Under the pieces are notes generated by a model. The model did not search any database. It was not told where the DNA came from and was given only the letters and a program-made list of their open reading frames with translations. The position numbers and the translations under genes were made by a program. From NCBI GenBank assembly GCA_963789985.1, contig CAWBNA010000031.1:136043-200042 (forward strand): 64,000 bases of DNA, written 5' to 3'. Below, one piece after another: positions 18,654-27,700 of this stretch (position 1 is the first letter of the stretch; each line of letters begins with the position of its first letter). Source of the DNA: an uncultured Bacteroidales bacterium. Its GTDB lineage: Bacteria > Bacteroidota > Bacteroidia > Bacteroidales > VadinHA17.

Positions 18654-18691
18654 GGAAAGATAACTCCCAACTATCTTTCCTTTTCTTTTTT
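18654..18691 (+). terminator. Orphan Rho-independent-terminator-like hairpin (no annotated upstream + strand gene)
   Basis: GGAAAGATA (18654-62), a 9-nt loop, then TATCTTTCC (18672-80), followed by TTTTCTTTTTT (18681-91). Confidence 0.4.
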
Positions 18692-18866
18692 ATATTGGAG
18701 CATTCATTGAACCGCAAATACAAAAACGTCAGTATTAACATATTATTGCATTTTCATTGCGTCAGTAACTTAAATAACCTCCTGAAAAAGCATTTTCTGC
18801 CTTTTAAAAAGGGATGTCTCCGGATTGAAAAAAAATTATCTTTGATGACAATTATTGACCTGATCA

Positions 18867-20936
18867 ATGGGATACCGCATTATTACCCTGCTAATGCTTT
18901 TAGCTTCAGTTTCGGGAACTGTATCTGCTGAAACGACGCCCGTTGCAAAAAAGGGTGTCATTGATCTCAGGAAAATTGAGAATGAGTCAAAATTTATTAT
19001 AAAGCTTAATGGCGATTGGGAGTTCTACTGGGAAAAGTTATTGCTTCCGGATGACTTTGCCTCGCCCGGCAAATACAAACCAGACCTTTACGGGAAGGTT
19101 CCTTCATACTGGACTGATTATAAACGGGCGCCGGTGAAAATCACCAGGATGGGATACGCCACGTACAGGCTGAAAGTGCTGATGCCGCCGGGGTTCAGGA
19201 ATTCGATTGGTTTTGACATGCCGGTTTTTGATTCATCATATGAAATATATATTGATGGCACGCTGATGGGCGTCAACGGGAAACCAGGAACTTCTGAAAC
19301 CGGAACAAAACCAGGCTACGTCAGAAACTTCTTCAGGTATAATCCGTCATCTGATTCAATTATAATACTTATTAACGTCTCCAATTTTAATCATCGCCGG
19401 GGAGGTTTCTGGATCCCAATTAAGATGGGAACTTTTTCGGAAGTCCAGAAACGAGTGGCAGCATCATGGGCTCTTGACTGGTCCTCGGTAAGCCTGCTTC
19501 TTGGATTCTCACTTTTTTTCCTGTTCTTCTTTATTGTCTATCCAAAGGACCAAATTACAGGCTTTTTCAGCCTTGCTGCAAGCGGGCTTGCCCTGAGGCC
19601 TTTCTTCACGTCAAATTTTCTGATCCATAATATTATGAACATCAGCTGGGTATGGATAGTAAGATGCGAATATATAGGTTTGTACATTACGCTTGTCGGA
19701 TGGTACTGGTTTACCCTGAACTTATACCCTTCAAAGCCGTTCAGAAAAACCACTTTGGTTGTAACATATTTATTTTCAGCAATATTACTGTCGACCACTT
19801 ATCTTCCCGTTAAGATTTTCAGCTACGCTACCTTTATATATTATCCCGCGCTTATTGTTCTCATAGTATATGCATTTGCCAAGAGCATAAGAGGAATCCT
19901 TAACAAAAGCAATCTTGACTTCATCTATTTCCTTACATTCCTGATGCTTTCGGTGGCTGCCATACATGATGTCTGGATTGCACGCGGAAAGGAAATAAAC
20001 CCTCCCGGGTATATACTTTCTTATGTGCTTGTCATTTTTGTTTTTGTGCATGCCATCATGCTCCTTTACAAATGGGTAAAATCATATTCAGAGAAAGAAA
20101 AGTTACAGGATGACCTCAAATACCTCAACCGGAACCTGGAGATTATGGTTAATGAAAGGACCCAGGAGATAAACAAGCGTAAGGAAGAAATTGAAAAGCA
20201 AAATGTCAGGATTGCCTACCAGAATAAGCAGTTTTCTGAGACAATACAACTTAAGAACAAGATATTTTCAGTAATAGCACACGACCTTCGGAGCCCCGTA
20301 GTAAATATTCTTTACATGCTGAACCTTCTGAAAGAGGAGGAATACAAGGAAAAATACGACTCATTTGCCAATGCAAGCATTCAATATGCCCAGCAGGTGA
20401 TTAACCTCCTTGAGAATATGCTGGTATGGGGTAAAGGACAGGAGGATAAGATTAAATTTTCACCTGATAGGATCGACCTTGCAGATATCATTCTTACAAA
20501 CCTCAGTATTTTTAAAGAGTCGGCCGACAAAAAGGATATCTCCGTTAATTTTACGCAGATAGGCAACTCGAAAGCATATTTTGACAAAGACCTGATGGAT
20601 ATAATCATCAGGAACTTGCTGTCTAACGCGGTGAAGTACACCCACCGTGGAGGAAGGATAAGTATTCTCCTGAAAGACAAGACGCTGACCAATGAAGGAA
20701 TTGTACTGAAAATATGCGACAATGGTATTGGTATTCCTCCGGGCAAACAGAAATACCTTTTTACGGCTTCCGAGGTGGAGAGCACGCCAGGCACTGAAAA
20801 TGAAAAAGGCACCGGTTTCGGCCTGAAGCTTTGCTACGAACTGGTCAAGATCAACAGGGGTACCATCACGATTGAGAGCAATGAGGGTCAGGGCACATGC
20901 TTTATAATCACCCTTCCTGAAGATAAGCCTGCTTAA
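18867..20936 (+). CDS. 7TMR-DISM-type sensor histidine kinase (extracellular DISMED2 domain, 7 TM, HisKA, HATPase_c)
   Basis: 689-aa ORF with a signal peptide. The LNGDWEFYWEKLLLPDDF pattern is typical of 7TMR-DISMED2. About seven hydrophobic helices follow, then a coiled coil, the H-box FSVIAHDLRSPV, and the N/G boxes NLLSNAVKYT and GTGFGL. There is no adjacent response regulator. Confidence 0.8.
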   Translation: MGYRIITLLMLLASVSGTVSAETTPVAKKGVIDLRKIENESKFIIKLNGDWEFYWEKLLLPDDFASPGKYKPDLYGKVPSYWTDYKRAPVKITRMGYATYRLKVLMPPGFRNSIGFDMPVFDSSYEIYIDGTLMGVNGKPGTSETGTKPGYVRNFFRYNPSSDSIIILINVSNFNHRRGGFWIPIKMGTFSEVQKRVAASWALDWSSVSLLLGFSLFFLFFFIVYPKDQITGFFSLAASGLALRPFFTSNFLIHNIMNISWVWIVRCEYIGLYITLVGWYWFTLNLYPSKPFRKTTLVVTYLFSAILLSTTYLPVKIFSYATFIYYPALIVLIVYAFAKSIRGILNKSNLDFIYFLTFLMLSVAAIHDVWIARGKEINPPGYILSYVLVIFVFVHAIMLLYKWVKSYSEKEKLQDDLKYLNRNLEIMVNERTQEINKRKEEIEKQNVRIAYQNKQFSETIQLKNKIFSVIAHDLRSPVVNILYMLNLLKEEEYKEKYDSFANASIQYAQQVINLLENMLVWGKGQEDKIKFSPDRIDLADIILTNLSIFKESADKKDISVNFTQIGNSKAYFDKDLMDIIIRNLLSNAVKYTHRGGRISILLKDKTLTNEGIVLKICDNGIGIPPGKQKYLFTASEVESTPGTENEKGTGFGLKLCYELVKINRGTITIESNEGQGTCFIITLPEDKPA

Positions 20937-20978
20937 TTGTAAATATTATCTGCTATAATCATCAGGAGCCGGGGGATA

Positions 20979-21236
20979 TTATTGCTTTCCCTTTGCAGCA
21001 ACCATCCGAGCAGATTTCAATCCTCCTATTGCCATTCCGCCAAAATCGACCATTTCGCCTTTTACGGTTCCACTGAGCACTATCATAATCTAAATTACAG
21101 TCTCTCCTGCCTGGGCAATGACTGACTCTGCCCTGAATTTTTTCACCTGGTACGGCAAACCAGATAAAAGATCCTTTATCTCGTCAGCTGAAATTTTATT
21201 AAAAAGAGGAGCATTTTGAAGAAGTATGTAATTCAT
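20979..21236 (-). pseudogene. Remnant of a Crp/Fnr-family (cNMP-binding domain) regulator gene, interrupted by an in-frame TAG and truncated
   Basis: My hand translation of the minus strand gives MNYILLQNAPLFNKISADEIKDLLSGLPYQVKKFRAESVIAQAGETVI, then TAG (21090-21092), then I-MIVLSGTVKGEMVDFGGMAIGGLKSARMVAAKGKQ and a stop. The pattern LF..L..EE...L......F..G..I...GE.....I.L.G.VK is the N-terminal half of a cNMP-binding domain. No HTH half follows. Confidence 0.45.
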
Positions 21237-21272
21237 ATTTTCCTAATTTGGTACAATAAAAATCCGAAAATA

Positions 21273-22775
21273 ATGAAAAAAATCAAGATTATTCTGATAA
21301 CAATATTGTTATCAAATATTTACATATTAAATGCACAGGATGATTTTGAAACAAAGCTGCTTACTCAGTTTCATAAAATCAGAAGCGAAGAGATGATGAC
21401 CTGGATAGAGAAACTATGCTCCCCGGAATACAGCGGCAGACTGACAGGGACTCCCGGATTTATAGCAAGTACTGTATGGGTTGCTGACAGGCTTAAGGAG
21501 TGGGGAATAAAGCCGGCGGGTGATAACGGAACTTATTTCCAATGGTTTCCGGCACCATATTCAGATGTGAATGATGCCGGTAGTCTTACTTTAAATCTCA
21601 GGCAGTCTGACGGAACAGTAATTAAAAAAACCTACTCATACCCTGATCAGTATTATCCAGGAATGAATTCAGGAAATGGCGAGATAACCTCAGAGGTGGT
21701 TTTCGTGGGATATGGGGTAACGGCCCCTGAACTGAATTACGACGATTACAAGGGAATTGATGTAAAAGGGAAAATCGTGCTTATGAACAGGGATGTGCCT
21801 TATACAGATCCCGGAAATCCCGAATATAAGAACTGGGTGAAATACTGTTACCACCAGTTCAAGCTTGAAAATGCAGTAAAGCATGGTGCTGCGGGAATGT
21901 TATATATTGAAGGTAATCTGTCAAATCCAAACATATCGCACGACTCGTTGATTATTGTCTGCGGAATAGGTCCGGAACCTCTTGCAGATATTTTTGCCGG
22001 ACTGAAGATCACTAACAAAGATGTAACTGAAAAGATAAAAAAGACGATGAAGCCTGTTTCCTTCAATACAGGCAAGAACATGACAATCAGGGAGAACACT
22101 ACCTGGCATCCTGAAGGAAGGGGTTGTAACGTCATAGGTCTGATTGAAGGCACTGATCCTGTATTGAAGAATGAGGTGATAATCATCGGAGGGCATCTTG
22201 ACGCAGCCGGCAAGGCTGGTGAAATAGTTCCCGGTGCACTTGACAATGGCAGCGGTGTCGTTGATATCATGGGAGCAGCCAAAGCAATGGCTCTTTCGGG
22301 GATCGCACTCAGGAGGTCGGTTATGTTCCTTTTTATGGGAGGTGAGGAGAATGGTCTGCTGGGAAGCAAGTATTACTCACAACATCCTGTTTTCAGTCCT
22401 GAAAAGACAATTGTTTACATTAACCTCGACATGGTTGGCACGGGAAACGGACTTGCTGTAAACACATCAGCTCCCATAAAAGCTCTCTTACCCTATTTCG
22501 AAATTGCAAACTCAAAATATATCCACAGGCCGTTTGCCGGATCAGCACCCGAGCCCAGGGCATATTATGGCCGTCCCAGGACTGACTCCTTCAACTTCAG
22601 CTCTGCCGGATTCAGGTCCATGACGATCGGAACGACAGGAGACTATAAGAAAATTTATTATCATGTTCCCGGAGATAATCCGGATAATGTGGCAATAGAT
22701 ATAATGGAGGATGTGTCAAAGATGATCTATGTTGCCCTCACCAATATGGCGAATGATCCCGGATTAAAATTTTAG
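21273..22775 (+). CDS. M28-family aminopeptidase with PA (protease-associated) insert, secreted
   Basis: I prefer the ATG at 21273 (MKKIKIILITILLSNIYILNAQ, a signal peptide) over the TTG at 21216. Motifs NVIGLIEG, IIIGGHLDA, GALDNGSGV and FLFMGGEENGLLGS are the M28 metal ligand motifs. Confidence 0.8.
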   Translation: MKKIKIILITILLSNIYILNAQDDFETKLLTQFHKIRSEEMMTWIEKLCSPEYSGRLTGTPGFIASTVWVADRLKEWGIKPAGDNGTYFQWFPAPYSDVNDAGSLTLNLRQSDGTVIKKTYSYPDQYYPGMNSGNGEITSEVVFVGYGVTAPELNYDDYKGIDVKGKIVLMNRDVPYTDPGNPEYKNWVKYCYHQFKLENAVKHGAAGMLYIEGNLSNPNISHDSLIIVCGIGPEPLADIFAGLKITNKDVTEKIKKTMKPVSFNTGKNMTIRENTTWHPEGRGCNVIGLIEGTDPVLKNEVIIIGGHLDAAGKAGEIVPGALDNGSGVVDIMGAAKAMALSGIALRRSVMFLFMGGEENGLLGSKYYSQHPVFSPEKTIVYINLDMVGTGNGLAVNTSAPIKALLPYFEIANSKYIHRPFAGSAPEPRAYYGRPRTDSFNFSSAGFRSMTIGTTGDYKKIYYHVPGDNPDNVAIDIMEDVSKMIYVALTNMANDPGLKF

Positions 22776-22821
22776 GCTCACAAACTCAGGCATCTCCAAT
22801 ACTCTAAACGGGCGCATTGTT

Positions 22822-23712
22822 TCAGGCTAGTTCAGCATTTACCCTGTCCCGTTCAAACCTCGTATTCAGGTCCCTGAGCGATCCGAGGCTTTCCATAAGA
22901 TCGGGCAGGTAGTCAGTCTGACCGATAAAAGTCCAAAGGTAAGCAACAACCGAATAGATCCTTCCGGTGCTAAACCTGTCAACATCGACACATATAAAAA
23001 GAACAGCAATGAATATTACAATAAGGAGGATTTTTACAGTGGAGTAAGTGAAAGTATTCCAACGTGCTATTTTTGACTTCGGAGGTATCATATTCAGGAA
23101 AAACTTATGAATAGTCGATGTATCCTTGTTCTCAATAAGCTTATACAACTCCTCCTGGTTATCATGTATATCCTTCTGCAGTGTCGTCACTTTCTTCCTG
23201 CTAAGATTATTGATATAAGCAATCGGGAAAATGACAGCCAGACAAACCAGTGCAATACGATAATCATAAAAGAAAAGCGCTATGACAGCCCCTACTGATG
23301 CTGAAAGCTGCCATAATGCTTCAGGCAGTTTTTCCCTGAAAAATGTTACATACTCCTTTACCAGTTCAGACCGTACAAGCATCTTGGAGTATTTGTCACC
23401 TCTCGATTTTGACTCTTCAATTACACCGGTTGCTAAATCCGCATACATTTTTGAATAGGTCGGGCCTGTATAAAATCTATGGAGGCTTCCTCCCACAACA
23501 TTCAGCATATAGACAAAAATCCATACGAAAAGAGGAAGGAAGATATTTATATTCTTCTGATCATAAAAGTGGTCGATAAGGGCATCAAGAAGCTTACCAA
23601 AAAAGGTAGGTTCAATGATCCATGCAATGTTCTCCACAAGTACGAAAGAGAGCAAAAGTCCTATTGAAAATTTGTATTTCAAAATAATATCCCTTGTCGT
23701 CATAAGCTGCAA
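22822..23712 (-). CDS. Stand-alone ABC-transporter-type six-helix transmembrane domain protein (no ATPase domain)
   Basis: 296-aa ORF. The helix layout and the N-terminal pattern (ENIAWIIEPTFFGKLLDAL) resemble the ABC exporter membrane domain. No Walker motifs are present. Confidence 0.5.
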   Translation of the reverse strand: MQLMTTRDIILKYKFSIGLLLSFVLVENIAWIIEPTFFGKLLDALIDHFYDQKNINIFLPLFVWIFVYMLNVVGGSLHRFYTGPTYSKMYADLATGVIEESKSRGDKYSKMLVRSELVKEYVTFFREKLPEALWQLSASVGAVIALFFYDYRIALVCLAVIFPIAYINNLSRKKVTTLQKDIHDNQEELYKLIENKDTSTIHKFFLNMIPPKSKIARWNTFTYSTVKILLIVIFIAVLFICVDVDRFSTGRIYSVVAYLWTFIGQTDYLPDLMESLGSLRDLNTRFERDRVNAELA

Positions 23713-23841
23713 AATATTTTACATTGACCAAATTAGAAAAAAGAATCCACATGACGTGAAAACAGACTTCACTACACCTTAGCCCTTTTAAAAAAACAAA
23801 CAATTGACAAATTATTGTTAAAATAATAGTTTAATTTTATA

Positions 23842-24714
23842 ATGAAAACAAATTCACCTTTGAAAATGAAAAAGCTGTCAGTTTTAATAGTGATCATTTT
23901 ACTGATTTGCGGTTTTAAATGTCCGAAGAAGACAGGAGGCATTTACAGGTATTTCTTGGGTACAAAAGATAATTACAAGATCTGGATCATCGACGGCAGT
24001 AAAGTCAGACAAAAAATATACAAGGAGTTTCTTTACGGTGGCAATGAACAGCGCTATATTTTTAATCCGAAAGGAGAAATCTGGATCGACAATGCTATTT
24101 CATGCGAAGAGTTCGACCTTACAGTTGCCCACGAGCTGAATGAACGCCATCTGATGGCCAAATTCGGGTGGACCTATGACAAGTCACATGATTCATCCCT
24201 GATGGTAGAGCAGGTCATCAGAAGAAATAATGAAATAGCCTGCCGCGCTCATGAAGCTTCACTGAAAAAAGTAGGTGTAACCGATTCCTATAACATAAAG
24301 GAAATTCCTTCCCTGCCTGACAGTATACGCCTTTCGAGTATTTACCGGATCCCTGAGGGATCAAGGGATGGCATTTCTTTATGGGTGGTCGATGGTTATC
24401 TTATCCGTAAAAATATTTATCCTGATTTCGGATTCAGCGGAAATGACCTGGCTTATCATTTTATACCTCCAAAGGAAATATGGATTGACGGACAGGTTTC
24501 ATGCGAAGAAACAGAGTATTCCGTTGCCCTTGAAATGATGGAACGAAAGGAGATCCAGGAAGGCAAAACATACAGCGACGCTTATGAAGATGCTGTCGGG
24601 ATGGTTCAGAAGATGAGAAATGAAATGGAAAAGCTCATTGATAAACAACCAAGAACGGTCATTCCTGATTCCCTCGACCGTGATTCAGGAGTTATTGATC
24701 CCGGCGAAAGATGA
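23842..24714 (+). CDS. Hypothetical lipoprotein made of two tandem copies of a ~115-aa domain of unknown function
   Basis: 290-aa ORF. The signal peptide has a Cys (LLICGFKC). The two halves are YKIWIIDGSKVRQKIYKEF..GGN..RYIFNPKGEIWIDNAISCEEFDLTVAHELNERH and ISLWVVDGYLIRKNIYPDF..SGN..AYHFIPPKEIWIDGQVSCEETEYSVALEMMERK. Confidence 0.6.
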   Translation: MKTNSPLKMKKLSVLIVIILLICGFKCPKKTGGIYRYFLGTKDNYKIWIIDGSKVRQKIYKEFLYGGNEQRYIFNPKGEIWIDNAISCEEFDLTVAHELNERHLMAKFGWTYDKSHDSSLMVEQVIRRNNEIACRAHEASLKKVGVTDSYNIKEIPSLPDSIRLSSIYRIPEGSRDGISLWVVDGYLIRKNIYPDFGFSGNDLAYHFIPPKEIWIDGQVSCEETEYSVALEMMERKEIQEGKTYSDAYEDAVGMVQKMRNEMEKLIDKQPRTVIPDSLDRDSGVIDPGER

Positions 24715-24777
24715 GCATGAATACTTTAGCAAACAGGTCGCAGCACAGGTTATACTCTTATTCAAATAAGCGGAAGT

Positions 24778-27700
24778 ATGCTACAAGACCATATAGCTAA
24801 AGTCAAAAACGGACAAAAGGTCTATCTTGGACTGGACATCGGATCTGTTTCGCTCAATACGGTAATTCTGGATCAGAGTTACAAGATCCTGGAAGAACAC
24901 TATGATTATGTACACGGGAAACCGTTCAATGTCCTGAAAGAAAGACTTGATTCGGTTTTTTCAGCAATTTCACCTGATCAAATCTCCGGAATTGCGGTCA
25001 CCGGTACGGGAGGCAAACTTGCGACCGAACTCATAGGAGGAATATTCGTCAACGAAATAATAGCCCAGGCCACTTCAACCGGCATTATGTACCCTGAGGC
25101 AAGAACAGTGATTGAAATCGGCGGAGAGGATTCAAAACTGATTCTGCTTGAAAAAGATGCCTCAGGCGGCAATTCAAGGCTTGTGGATTTTGAGATGAAC
25201 AGCATCTGCGCTGCAGGAACAGGATCATTTCTTGACCAGCAGGCGAGGAGAATCGGAGTCAGCATTGATAAGGAATTTGGCGAGATGGCGCTTAAGTCGG
25301 TTGATCCCCCCCGTATAGCAGGCAGGTGCAGTGTGTTTGCGAAAAGCGATATGATCCACCACCAGCAGATAGCGACTCCCCTTCATGATATTGTAGCCGG
25401 TCTGTGCTTTGCACTTGCACGCAACTTCAGAAGTAATGTGGCAAGAAGCCGGGAGATAATAAAACCAGTGGTTTTTTCAGGCGGAGTCGCAGCAAACACT
25501 GGCATGGTAAGGGCTTTCAGGGAAGTGCTTGACCTTGGACCCGGGGAACTTATCATTCCAGAACATCATGCCTCGATGGGAGCTATCGGAGCCGTTATCT
25601 ATGCTCATTCAAACAAGATGGAAATGAATCATTTCCATGGAATGGACCGGCTTTGTGAATACCTTTCAGAAAGTTCCACGGCTTTTAAAAGCCTTCCGCC
25701 CCTCAGGAAAGCAGATGCAGTGTACGACAAGCTGGTACGGTTCCGGAAAAACGGTCAGGAAAAACTGCCAGTATATCTTGGAATTGATGTAGGTTCCCTG
25801 AGCACAAACGTTGTACTCATCGATGAAAAGCATAATGTGGTGGCCCGGAGATACCTGCCTACTTCCGGAAAACCACTGGAAGCGATCCAGAAAGGGATGA
25901 CGGAGATCTATGACGAAGTCGGCAGTGTGGTTGAAGTTATCGGCGCAGGAACAACCGGGTCGGGGCGGTATCTGACAGGTGATTTTATAGGCGCTGACAC
26001 GATCCAGAATGAAATAACCGCTCAGGCAACCGCTGCAATAGATTTCGATCCGACGGTTGACACGATATTTGAGATAGGAGGCCAGGATTCAAAGTATATA
26101 AGCATTGAAAACGGGGTTGTAGTCGATTTTGAAATGAACAAGGTCTGTGCCGCAGGAACCGGATCGTTCCTTGAGGAGCAGGCAGAAAAACTGAATATAA
26201 ACATAGTCGATGAGTTCGGAGAACTTGCCCTGAACTCGGAATTTCCTGTAAAGCTTGGAGACAGATGCACTGTATTCATGGAATCGGACCTCAACACTTT
26301 CATGCAGAAAGGCGCCAGGAATGAAAACCTTGTCGGTGGACTTGCATACTCGATTGTGTACAACTACCTCCAGAAAGTGGTGGCTGAACGACGCGTGGGG
26401 AACAAGATCTTTTTCCAGGGAGGCGTGACAAACAACAAAGCTGTGGTGGCAGCCTTCGAACAGGTGACGGGAAAGAAGATCACCATTCCTCCCCATTTTG
26501 ATGTCACCGGTGCAATCGGCGCTGCGATACTTGCACAGAGGTCGATGAAAAAATACCAGAGGACAACATTCAAGGGCTTTGGAATAAGGAATGTCCAATA
26601 TGTGCAGAGCATGTTCGTCTGCCAGGCCTGCACCAACCACTGTGAAATAAGGAAAGTCAGGATAGCGGGCGAGAAAAAATCACTCTTCTACGGAGGCAGG
26701 TGCGAAAAGTATGAAACCGACGGACGGAAAAAGACAAATAATAATATACCTGACCTGTTCAAAAAGAGGCTCTGTATGCTCATGGAGGGATACGAGGAAA
26801 AAAGGAACCAGGGAGCTGTGACAATCGGTATTCCAAGAGCTTTAATGGTATTTTACCAGCAATTCCCATTCTGGAGAACATTCTTTGAGGAGATGGGATT
26901 CAGGGTTGTGATATCAAAGGAATCGGATAAAACACTGGTCACCAGGTCAATCGAAACAATAGCAACCGAAACATGTCTGCCCGTTGAGCTTATGCACGGT
27001 CATGTGATTGATCTTGCTGAACAGGGTACAGATTATATTTTCACTCCTTTTATAGTTAATGCAAAAAACCAAAAAGGTAATAATACTTCCAATTGCAACT
27101 GCCCATGGATACAGACATACCCGTTTATGATAAGAGCGGCCCTCAGAGGTAAGGTTGATGAATCAAAACTGCTGATGCCGACACTGCATTTCAGGTATGA
27201 GAGAGTGCTTATTAAGGAGATGACAACTTATTTCAGCAAGAAGTTCAGCATTGACAAGAAAAGGATCAGGGAGGCAGTTTACAAAGCAGATGAAGTTCAG
27301 GTTTTATTTGAAAAAGGGCTTGTTGATTATGGCCGCAATGTCCTTAAGAACATTCCCGCAAACTGCAGACCTGTAATCCTTCTCGGAAGACCTTATAACT
27401 GCACCGATTCATTTCTGAACCTCGATCTCGTAAATAAGCTCATTGCACAGAATGTTATGCCCATTCCTGTTGATATGCTTGATCTCTCTTCCTTCAACAT
27501 ATTTGAAAGTTACAGGAACATGTACTGGCCGAACGGACAAAAAATTGTTGCAGCTGCCCAGTATGTTGCAGGGACAGAAGGATTGAATGCGGTTTACCTC
27601 AGCAATTTCCGCTGCGGACCAGATTCATTCATATGGCATTATGTTACCGAAGAGCTCAAAGGGAAACCCTTTCTTCATCTTGAAGTTGATGAACATTCAG

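Noticed and set aside
24100-24125. Could HELNERH in the duplicated-domain lipoprotein be a zinc-metalloprotease HExxH motif?
   Set aside because: The spacing is H-E-x4-H, not HExxH. No third ligand motif is evident, and the second domain copy lacks both His. The evidence is insufficient to call it a peptidase.
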